Positions 55,923 through 64,000 of a DNA stretch of 64,000 nt are shown one piece after another. Below the pieces are notes generated by a model. That model was not told where the DNA came from. It did no database searches and saw only the letters and a list, made by a program, of their open reading frames with translations. The stretch comes from Clostridia bacterium. GTDB taxonomy: Bacteria; Bacillota; Clostridia; CAKSNL01; HGM11501. Position numbers and translations under genes: made by a program. Location: contig JAZQAZ010000047.1 of NCBI GenBank assembly GCA_045545475.1, positions 55,269-119,268 on the forward strand. The letters run 5' to 3'. Numbering within the stretch: position 1 is the stretch's first letter; every line of letters starts with the position of its first letter.

Positions 55923-56876
55923 ATGCTTAGGAAAAAAGAAATACCTGTTTATCTTTTTACGGGATTTTTGGAATCGGGTAAAACTCAGTTTATTCAGGGA
56001 ACACTTGAGGATGAAAAATTCAATCCGAAGGAAAGAACACTCCTTTTGGTTTGTGAAGAGGGAGAAGAGGAGTATAACAAGGACAAATTCGTTATTGAAA
56101 ACGTGTTTATGGAAATTGTAAACTCTCCCGACGAGCTTAAAAAGAACACCCTTTCCAAGGTTGCAAGAATGCACAAGGTTGATCGTGTTGTAATAGAATA
56201 TAACGGAATGTGGAACTTAACGGACCTTTACGAAAACCTTCCCGACAACTGGATTATCTATCAGCAGATTATGTTTGCCGACAGCGAAACCTTCATTACC
56301 TATAACGCCAATATGCGTCAGCTTATGGTGGACAAGTTAACCGATTGTGAGCTTGTGGCAATAAACCGTGTGACGGATAAAACCGACAAGGAGCAGATTC
56401 ATAAAATCATCCGCGGTACAAACCGCCGTACGCAGATAATTTACGAATATATAAACGGAGAGCTTGAGTATGATAACATAGAAGACCCCCTGCCCTTTGA
56501 TATAAACGCTCCCGTCATTGAAATAGAGGACAAGGATTATGCCCTCTGGTATCGTGATATGATGGAGGAACCGGGAAAATATGAAGGCAAAACAGTTAAG
56601 TTTAAGGGCATGGTTGCACGCCCGAAAGAGCTTGACGAAAAGGGACTTCTTATCGGACGCAAGGTAATGACCTGCTGTGCTGACGATATTGCCTTCCGTC
56701 CCATCGCCTGCGAATCGGATAAGGCGATAGAGGCAGAAAATGCCCTATGGTACACTCTTACCGCAAAAATAATAATGAAACAGCATAAGCTTTATACCCA
56801 GAAGGCTCCCGTATTGGTGCTTAAAGAAATTGAAAAGGCAGAAGCACCCGTCGAGGAAGTAGCCACATTTTATTGA
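55923..56876 (+). CDS. CobW-like GTPase domain fused to a TIGR03943-like C-terminal domain
   Basis: GFLESGKT, CEEGEEEY and IEYNGMW motifs; GRKVMTCCADD. Confidence 0.8.
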   Translation: MLRKKEIPVYLFTGFLESGKTQFIQGTLEDEKFNPKERTLLLVCEEGEEEYNKDKFVIENVFMEIVNSPDELKKNTLSKVARMHKVDRVVIEYNGMWNLTDLYENLPDNWIIYQQIMFADSETFITYNANMRQLMVDKLTDCELVAINRVTDKTDKEQIHKIIRGTNRRTQIIYEYINGELEYDNIEDPLPFDINAPVIEIEDKDYALWYRDMMEEPGKYEGKTVKFKGMVARPKELDEKGLLIGRKVMTCCADDIAFRPIACESDKAIEAENALWYTLTAKIIMKQHKLYTQKAPVLVLKEIEKAEAPVEEVATFY

Positions 56877-57067
56877 TTGAAATATTGCACTTTTATAAAA
56901 AGTGCAATATTTTTGCATTTTAGGCAAAAAAGCGTAATAATTCCATTGAAAAAAATAAAATAATAGGCTATTATGTAAATTAGCGGAAAGTTGTTATAAA
57001 AACACTTTATAATGATAGACAGCTTTTGATTTTTATTGTATTATAAAGAAAAAACGGAGGGATTTTT

Positions 57068-60000
57068 ATGTTTGAATTTAAAAATTACGAATTTAAGGTT
57101 CCCGGCGAAATTGTAAAAAAAGTAGATAGCGATGCCGTTCGCTATATAATCGACGGTAAGCCCCTTATGCACAGAGAATTTACTTTGGATGGCGAAAGCG
57201 AAATAGAGCTTGACGACTATGTTGTTATGGAATATTCCGCTCCCGACCTTCAGAGATTTTTTATGCTCCGCCAGAATGTACTTCTTGGCATAACTGACGG
57301 TGAGGACGGTAACGAGGTTGAAAAGGGCATCCTTGCCGCAAACGAAATGATGACGGACGGCTTGGTACACAGAATTATTGCAAAGTGCGAAAAGGGCAAG
57401 TATAAGAGACTTCGCCTTCGCCTCAGAAGCAAAGCACCCCACGTTGAATTTAATATATATAAGCTTTACACCTGCTCCTATGATGAGCTTCCGAAGAGAT
57501 TTACAGAAACTTCTGTAGCGGAAGATGGCTTTAAGACAATTGACCTTTCTGCTTATGTAAACGACATTTACGCCGATGAGCCCGGAAAGGTTGACGGCGG
57601 CGTTGGATCTCTTGACGGAACATTCGGCGTAGAGGGAATTCCTTTTGCACTTACAGGTAAAATCATTCGTCCCACACCTCCGCCTAAGGAAAATGAGGAC
57701 TTAATCACTAACTTTAATAAAGAGGGCGTAAAGAGACAGCTCTGCCGTCCCGAAAGCCGCGAAAGCCGCTTTGAAATACCCGTAAATTCTGAAGCGAAGG
57801 AAATTTACTTCGTTTTATATATGGATAAGAAAATCCACGAGCGCTGGGGCTTCTGTGCACCCGATCCCACCATTCTCGGCGGAAGCCAGGGTGAGGTTAT
57901 GATGCCCATAAAGATTAACGATATCGAGCGCTATGCTGTTTATATCAATTATGAGGACGGCACCGTAGACGAGTGCTTCCCTGAAAATATCAGAAATCAC
58001 CGCCACGAAATCACGGGCGAAACCGGCGTTTACGGCGTAAGAACCAACGGCAAGAAAATAAAGAGCATCGGCTTTGAGGACAGACTGATTGAAACCGACC
58101 TTTCCCTTTGCGCTCTTACATTAAATACAGATGCTCCGCTTTTAACAGGAGAAGCCTTCCCCGAGCGTAACAAGGGTCACGAAGCAGACTTTAATTATGA
58201 AGGGAAAATCACCCTTGAGGGCGACATTTTAAAGGTGGAAAACGGCGGATTTTATGCCGAGTTCAACACAAAAGGCGGTCTCTTTACAGAGAAGGTAATC
58301 TCCGCATATTCCGAAGCCATGACAATTAAGGGCGCTCTTCTTAAGGTAAGAGAGGGAGATTCTTTAATCGAAAACTTTGAAAGATTTGATATCTCCGTTT
58401 CCAATGAAGCAAAAATTACCTATCGCCATAAGGACCTTTACATAACCGTTAAAATTTCCCTTGACCAGAAGGACGGAATAAAGCTTAATATGCAGGCTGA
58501 AAATAAGGGTGAGGAAATAACCCTTGGCATACTTTTCCCCGTAATTTCCGACATTAAGTACGGAACGAGTGAAGACACCTGGTACTTCCTTCCCAAATAT
58601 CAGAACACCGAAAGTAACGGTTCCTGCTATGTTTATGAAGAATCCGCACCTTCATATCCCATGCAGTTTATGGATATTTTCTCACCTGTAAAGGGTGCAG
58701 GATTTGCCCTTAACACCCGTGAGCGTGACCTTAAGGTAAGAAAATATGCTCTTATAAAGCAAAACGGCAGAACAGATGCCTTTGTTGAGTATCCTTCAAT
58801 GTATGTAAAGATTAAAAACGATTCCTTGTTCAAGGGTACTGAAACCGTGCTTTACGTTCATAAGGGTGACTGGCACGCATCCTACAAGAGCTATAAAGAG
58901 TGGCTTGATTCCTGGTATGAGCCTTATAAGTGCCAGAATAAGAAATGGTACAGACAGAAGTTCTGGCTGGTTGCAGAAATTCCCGACTTTATAGAAACAA
59001 GACTTATCTATAAATTCCCCGTATGGTATGAAAAGGAAAATAACAAGTACAACTTCCGTATGATTATGGATGAAATGACAAAGATATACGGAGAAACTCC
59101 CGACATTCTCCATATGTGGGCGTGGACCTGGTCTGAAGAATACCATCATATGCTCTGGGGTAACTTCGGTCAGTATGACTATGACAGACTTGGCGGACTT
59201 GAAAATTTCAAGGCGGCATTAAAGGATGTATCCGACGCAACAGGTGCTGAAATTTCCCTTTATATGCATCCCACACTCTTGTCTGAGGTTTATCCCGAGG
59301 CAAAGGAATATTTCCCAACACTCCGTGTGCAGAATGCCGCAGGAAGATTTATCGGAATAAGAAACGATTCTTTCAGAATGTGTCACGCCAATAAAACCTG
59401 GAGAGACCACGCTCTTAAGATGTATCCCAGAGTACACGAGGAAACAGGCGTAAGACTTTTATATGTTGACGAATTCAGCTTAAGGGTTGATAACCGCTGC
59501 TATGCAGACGGTCACGGTCACGAAATTCCTTCAAACCTCTTAAAGACCGACAGAACATTTATATCCGAGCTTAAGGATACTGTTCCCGAGGATGTAGTTC
59601 TCTACGGCGAATACTATGCGGCTGACATCAACGCCCGCTATATTGACTGTAACATCAGCTATTATATTTTGGATTCCATCAACGATATGATTGAGCAGGG
59701 AAGACACTCCGAGGACGGATCGGACATTTACGGCAGAGTGTTTACGGATATTTACCGTTTTGCATTCCCGAAAATTGTTCAGCTCATTCTTCCTATGGCT
59801 ATGCGTCACCTTTCCTGGCAGCCCTTAAAGGCAACCTTCTTCAACGGTGAAGCGATTTACGACTCCTTCTGGGATGTGGAGGAATCAAGAGGAAGACGCT
59901 TTATGGCAAAATCCTTCCACATAAAGAAAGAATATGCAGACTGCTTCTCATCGGATTATCCCGAAACAATGATTGAGTCAGGTCACGATTCTGTTTGTGT

Positions 60001-60223
60001 AAATAAATACCCCGGTGACGGAAGATGTATGTATACAATCTTTAACAGAGGCTATCACACTTACGAAGGAACCGTACTTAAAGTTCCCTACAAGGAAGGC
60101 ACAAAGTTCTACGATGTTTGGAATGAATGTGATGCTCCCTTTACCGTAAAGGACGGCTATGCATATGTTGAATCAAGAATAATTGCACAGAGCACAGGTG
60201 CAATCGTTGAAATATACGGATAA
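57068..60223 (+). CDS. Large hypothetical protein, probable glycoside-hydrolase-like (DUF6259-like) C-terminal barrel
   Basis: 1051-aa ORF; YPMQF, GDWH...YKEW, YVDEF and LYGEY segments. Confidence 0.6.
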   Translation: MFEFKNYEFKVPGEIVKKVDSDAVRYIIDGKPLMHREFTLDGESEIELDDYVVMEYSAPDLQRFFMLRQNVLLGITDGEDGNEVEKGILAANEMMTDGLVHRIIAKCEKGKYKRLRLRLRSKAPHVEFNIYKLYTCSYDELPKRFTETSVAEDGFKTIDLSAYVNDIYADEPGKVDGGVGSLDGTFGVEGIPFALTGKIIRPTPPPKENEDLITNFNKEGVKRQLCRPESRESRFEIPVNSEAKEIYFVLYMDKKIHERWGFCAPDPTILGGSQGEVMMPIKINDIERYAVYINYEDGTVDECFPENIRNHRHEITGETGVYGVRTNGKKIKSIGFEDRLIETDLSLCALTLNTDAPLLTGEAFPERNKGHEADFNYEGKITLEGDILKVENGGFYAEFNTKGGLFTEKVISAYSEAMTIKGALLKVREGDSLIENFERFDISVSNEAKITYRHKDLYITVKISLDQKDGIKLNMQAENKGEEITLGILFPVISDIKYGTSEDTWYFLPKYQNTESNGSCYVYEESAPSYPMQFMDIFSPVKGAGFALNTRERDLKVRKYALIKQNGRTDAFVEYPSMYVKIKNDSLFKGTETVLYVHKGDWHASYKSYKEWLDSWYEPYKCQNKKWYRQKFWLVAEIPDFIETRLIYKFPVWYEKENNKYNFRMIMDEMTKIYGETPDILHMWAWTWSEEYHHMLWGNFGQYDYDRLGGLENFKAALKDVSDATGAEISLYMHPTLLSEVYPEAKEYFPTLRVQNAAGRFIGIRNDSFRMCHANKTWRDHALKMYPRVHEETGVRLLYVDEFSLRVDNRCYADGHGHEIPSNLLKTDRTFISELKDTVPEDVVLYGEYYAADINARYIDCNISYYILDSINDMIEQGRHSEDGSDIYGRVFTDIYRFAFPKIVQLILPMAMRHLSWQPLKATFFNGEAIYDSFWDVEESRGRRFMAKSFHIKKEYADCFSSDYPETMIESGHDSVCVNKYPGDGRCMYTIFNRGYHTYEGTVLKVPYKEGTKFYDVWNECDAPFTVKDGYAYVESRIIAQSTGAIVEIYG

Positions 60224-60252
60224 CTACTGTCACGCTACTTTTGCACTGAATG

Positions 60253-60281
60253 TTGACAAAATGAATAAAAAAATGTATAAT
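60253..60281 (+). promoter_or_regulatory. Sigma-A promoter
   Basis: TTGACA-17bp-TATAAT. Confidence 0.85.
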
Positions 60282-60295
60282 GAGATAATCTAAGG

Positions 60296-60366
60296 TGTGG
60301 GAGACTCCTTCGCCGAAGTGCATTTCATGTGCCCTTTAGGCGGTGAGTCTGAAGGGCACTTTTTTT
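60296..60366 (+). ncRNA. Candidate cis-regulatory leader (attenuator/riboswitch)
   Basis: 13-bp terminator 60329-60359 plus T7, mutually exclusive with an AGACTC/GAGTCT and CGCC/GGCG structure. Confidence 0.6.
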
Positions 60367-60392
60367 ATAAATTAAAAAACAGGAGAATTTTT

Positions 60393-60638
60393 ATGGAAAC
60401 AAGAGTTGCAATTGTAAGTATTATCGTTGAAAACGGAGAAAAGGTGGATGAAATAAACTCCATTCTTCATGCCTATGCTCCTTATATCATAGGAAGAATG
60501 GGCCTTCCCTATAGAGAAAAAAACATATGCATCATAAGCATTGCGATGGATGCACCCGAGGATGAAATAAGTGCGCTTTCGGGAAAAATAGGAAGACTCA
60601 GCGGTATAAGCACAAAAACCGCTTATGCAAAGATATGA
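60393..60638 (+). CDS. TM1266-family putative [FeFe]-hydrogenase system regulator
   Basis: RVAIVSIIVE...IIGRMGLPY...ISALSGKIGRLSG; RBS AGGAG. Confidence 0.9.
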   Translation: METRVAIVSIIVENGEKVDEINSILHAYAPYIIGRMGLPYREKNICIISIAMDAPEDEISALSGKIGRLSGISTKTAYAKI

Positions 60639-61675
60639 AAAAGCTGATTGATAATCTTTATAATGGAGAAAGGGCAGAACTTTCTGCCCTTACGGCTCTT
60701 TTATCAGGTTTTAACGATGAGGTAAGAGCTTATGCCGCAAAAAAAGCATGCGAGGCAAGGAATAAAACTTACGGAAATAAAGTATATCTCAGAGGGCTTA
60801 TCGAAATTGGAAATGTTTGCAAAAATGACTGCTTTTACTGTGGGCTGAGAAAAGGTAATAAAAACTTAAGTCGTTACAGTTTAAGTACCGATGATGTTTT
60901 GTCTGCCTGCGATAGAGGAAAAAGGCTGGGATTTTCCACATTTGTGCTTCAAAGCGGAGAGGTGGATAACGATGAAGAAATGATAAAAACCGTGGCAAGG
61001 ATTAAGGAGCTTTATCCCGCTTGTGCAGTTACTCTTTCTTTAGGGGAAAAAAGCCGTGAGATTTATAAACGCTATAAAGATGCAGGGGCGGACAGATATC
61101 TTCTTCGCCACGAAACCTGCGACAAGGAACATTACGGGAAAATTCATCCGGAATCACTATCCTTTGATAACCGCATACGTTGTCTTTATGACCTGAAGGA
61201 TTTGGGTTTCCAGGTGGGTTGCGGCTTTATGGTGGGAAGTCCTTACCAGACAGACGAATATCTTGCAAGGGAGCTTTTGTTCATAAAAGAGTTTAACCCA
61301 CATATGGTGGGGATAGGCCCGTTTTTGCCACACAAGGATACGCCATTTGGCTTTTTCGGCAAAGGAAGCGTGGAAAAAACTCTTATGATGCTTTCTTTGA
61401 TAAGAATAATGAATAAGGAGGTACTGCTTCCGGCTACAACTGCTTTGGCAACGGCATCGGGAGACGGAAGAATTGCAGGAATAAGGGCGGGGGCAAACGT
61501 AGTTATGCCAAACCTTTCGCCTGCTTCTGTAAGGGATAAATACTCTCTTTACGACAATAAGGCACATAGCGGTGCCGAAAGTGCAGAAGGGCTTGATATG
61601 CTGGAAAAATGCGTAATCGACGCAGGATGCACTATTGATATGGGTAGAGGCGACAGCCTGGTTAAAGGAGAATAG
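60635..61675 (+). CDS. hydE: [FeFe]-hydrogenase maturase HydE (radical SAM)
   Basis: RGLIE, CKNDCFYCG, YLLRHET, GIGPF, PATTAL, GANVVMPN and YSLYDNK motifs. Confidence 0.92.
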   Translation: MKKLIDNLYNGERAELSALTALLSGFNDEVRAYAAKKACEARNKTYGNKVYLRGLIEIGNVCKNDCFYCGLRKGNKNLSRYSLSTDDVLSACDRGKRLGFSTFVLQSGEVDNDEEMIKTVARIKELYPACAVTLSLGEKSREIYKRYKDAGADRYLLRHETCDKEHYGKIHPESLSFDNRIRCLYDLKDLGFQVGCGFMVGSPYQTDEYLARELLFIKEFNPHMVGIGPFLPHKDTPFGFFGKGSVEKTLMMLSLIRIMNKEVLLPATTALATASGDGRIAGIRAGANVVMPNLSPASVRDKYSLYDNKAHSGAESAEGLDMLEKCVIDAGCTIDMGRGDSLVKGE

Positions 61676-61676
61676 T

Positions 61677-62849
61677 ATGGGACTTAACAGTGTGCCTTCG
61701 GGCGAAAGAATACATATAGGATTTTTCGGAAAGCGTAATGCGGGAAAATCCAGTCTTGTAAATATGTTTACAAATCAAAAGCTTTCCGTTGTGTCGGATG
61801 TTCCGGGAACAACCACGGACCCGGTTAAAAAGGCAATGGAAATTCTGCCCCTCGGCCCCGTGGTTATAATAGATACCCCGGGCTTTGATGATGAGGGGGA
61901 GCTTGGTGCTTTAAGGGTGGAGCAGACCAAAAAGGTGCTTAACGAATGTGATATCGCAATTCTTGCAATAGACCCAGATAAAGGTATAACCGAAACGGAG
62001 AAGGAGCTGATTGCTCTTTTCAATGAAAAGGGAACAAAGTATATTGAAGTGTTTACCAAAGCCGATATTAAAAAGGCAGACGGGCTTTCGGTTAGCTCTG
62101 TAACCGGCGAGGGATTGGAACTTTTAAAAGAAAAAATCGCCTCCCTTGCAAAAAAAGACAGCGAAGATAAAAGAATAATAGGCGATATATTATATCCGGG
62201 AGACAGGGTTATTCTGGTTATGCCCATAGACGAATCTGCCCCAAAAGGACGAATCATTCTTCCACAGCAGCAGGTTATAAGGGATGTGCTTGAAGCAGGA
62301 GCCCATGCAATTTGCGTAAGGGATTCTGAATATGCCGATACCCTTGAAAAAAGCGGAGACGTCCGTCTTGTAATAACTGATAGTCAGGTGTTTGGGAAAA
62401 TTCAAAAAGAAACCCCCGAAAGTATACCTCTTACATCTTTTTCCATACTTATGGCAAGATATAAGGGAACGCTAAAAGATGCTGTTTCCGGTGCGAAAGA
62501 GCTTTCTCTTCTTAAAGACGGGGACAATATTTTAATATGCGAAGCCTGCACCCACAAAAGACAGTGTAAGGATATAGGAACAGTTAAACTTCCCGGTTGG
62601 GTAAAAGAATTTACAGGAAAAGATATTGGTTTTACCCACACTCAAGGAAAGGATTTCCCCGAAGATTTATCAAACTATAAACTTATCATTCACTGCGGAG
62701 GTTGCATGGCAACGGAACACGAAATGACGGTAAGGCTTGAATCGGCAAAAAAACAAAATGTGCCGATGACTAACTACGGAACGGCAATTGCCTATATGAA
62801 CGGAATTCTTAAAAGGAGCCTTGAACCGCTTCCGGAATTTAAGGAGTAA
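61677..62849 (+). CDS. hydF: [FeFe]-hydrogenase maturation GTPase HydF
   Basis: GKRNAGKSS, GTTTD, DTPG, APKGRIILPQ and CTH...HCGGC motifs. Confidence 0.95.
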   Translation: MGLNSVPSGERIHIGFFGKRNAGKSSLVNMFTNQKLSVVSDVPGTTTDPVKKAMEILPLGPVVIIDTPGFDDEGELGALRVEQTKKVLNECDIAILAIDPDKGITETEKELIALFNEKGTKYIEVFTKADIKKADGLSVSSVTGEGLELLKEKIASLAKKDSEDKRIIGDILYPGDRVILVMPIDESAPKGRIILPQQQVIRDVLEAGAHAICVRDSEYADTLEKSGDVRLVITDSQVFGKIQKETPESIPLTSFSILMARYKGTLKDAVSGAKELSLLKDGDNILICEACTHKRQCKDIGTVKLPGWVKEFTGKDIGFTHTQGKDFPEDLSNYKLIIHCGGCMATEHEMTVRLESAKKQNVPMTNYGTAIAYMNGILKRSLEPLPEFKE

Positions 62850-62852
62850 AAT

Positions 62853-63860
62853 ATGAAAAAGGTGTGCATTATTTATACAGGCGGCACCATTGGAATGACA
62901 AAAACAAATAAGGGTTATGCTCCTAAGGAAGGTTACTTTAAGGGAGCGTTGGAAGAAATTGCCGACCTCAAAAGAGAGGAACTTCCGTCATTTGAACTTG
63001 TGGAAATGCATCCCCTTCTTGATTCATCAAATATGACGTTGCGGGAGTGGAATAAAATTTCTGAGAAAATTGAAAAACGGTATGACGATTTTGACGGATT
63101 TGTCATCCTTCACGGAACAGATACCATGGCGTATACAGCCTCGGCGTTGTCCTTCTCACTTGAAAATCTTTCAAAGCCTGTTGTTCTCACCGGTTCGCAG
63201 ATACCGCTTTGTGAAATAAGAAGTGACGGAAGGGATAACTTGATTACTTCCTTGATGATAGCCGCAGGCGGCATTATAAACGAGGTATGCCTGTATTTCG
63301 GCGGAAAGCTTATGCGTGGAAACCGTGCCACAAAATATTCCTCGGACGGACTGATTGCCTTTAAATCTCCAAACTTTCCCCTTTTGGCGGAAGCGGGAAT
63401 AGGTATAAAGTATAATCAGGCGTTAAGTGAAAACTTCAATCATGGGGAATTTAAGGCGTGTCGCTTTAAGCCTGTGCCCATAGGAGTTATAAAGGTTTTT
63501 CCCGGAATTCAGTTTGAGCTGTTTGAGTCAATCATGACGGAAAAATTAAGAGGAATAGTTATAGAAACCTTCGGAGCGGGAAATATTCCTGCATCGGAGA
63601 ACGAACTTTTACCGATAATCAGGAAAGCATTCGAATCGGGAACCGTAATTACGGTATGCTCCCAGTGTCCCGAAGGAAGCGTGGCTCTCGGAACCTATGA
63701 AACCAGCAGTGCCCTAAAAGGTGCAGGTGCTGTAAGCGGACATGACATAACAACCGAGGCGGCGGTCTGTAAGCTTTATTATCTATTCAGCAAGGGTTAT
63801 GACGCAGCTACGGTTAAAAATTTAATGGAAGAAAATTTAAGAGGCGAAATGAGCATATAA
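62853..63860 (+). CDS. ansA: Type I L-asparaginase
   Basis: YTGGTIGM, LDSS, HGTDTMAY and TGSQ motifs. Confidence 0.93.
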   Translation: MKKVCIIYTGGTIGMTKTNKGYAPKEGYFKGALEEIADLKREELPSFELVEMHPLLDSSNMTLREWNKISEKIEKRYDDFDGFVILHGTDTMAYTASALSFSLENLSKPVVLTGSQIPLCEIRSDGRDNLITSLMIAAGGIINEVCLYFGGKLMRGNRATKYSSDGLIAFKSPNFPLLAEAGIGIKYNQALSENFNHGEFKACRFKPVPIGVIKVFPGIQFELFESIMTEKLRGIVIETFGAGNIPASENELLPIIRKAFESGTVITVCSQCPEGSVALGTYETSSALKGAGAVSGHDITTEAAVCKLYYLFSKGYDAATVKNLMEENLRGEMSI

Positions 63861-64000
63861 AAAAGGAGATGTAAAAAAAGTCCAGACCGCAAAAAGGCAA
63901 ATAAATTAGTGGATTGGGCAAAGTTACAAACTCTATGTTGTAAAATAGTGTTGAAAAATCGCATTCCTGCGATTTTTCTTCATTTTAAGCCTTTTTGCTA

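Noticed and set aside
60297-60392. N-terminal extension of the TM1266-family ORF
   Set aside because: It overlaps the structured leader; the AGGAG RBS supports ATG 60393

Overview
Chromosomal window from a low-GC, spore-forming Clostridia-class anaerobe (yabP/yabQ/divIC, T-box, a dockerin, ChW repeats, [FeFe]-hydrogenase maturases). It holds about 50 protein-coding genes, a five-tRNA operon (Val, Asp, Phe, Gly, Cys), a yybP-ykoY riboswitch and a Leu T-box. I found no CRISPR array, integrase, transposase or reverse transcriptase. Four things stand out. (1) Just 3' of tRNA-Cys lies a ~180-bp dyad-symmetric 'ladder' of nested TGAAAT/ATTTCA helices carrying GNA-triloop hairpins. It is followed by a four-helix-bundle (Avd/IVP-like) gene and by duplicated tRNA-Cys 3' fragments, suggesting a tiny tRNA-anchored element. 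(2) A Leu T-box controls a catalytically dead LeuA homologue that keeps its leucine-binding domain, coupled to a degenerate TIM-barrel/acyl-CoA synthetase fusion; this is a candidate isovalerate-salvage route to leucine with a pseudo-enzyme sensor. (3) An unnamed riboswitch-like attenuator precedes a TM1266-hydE-hydF-asparaginase operon that lacks hydG. (4) Several unusual fusions occur: pseudokinase-STAND-TPR, nitrilase-GDPD and ArsR-AraC. Product calls come from motif recognition only; no database searches were run.
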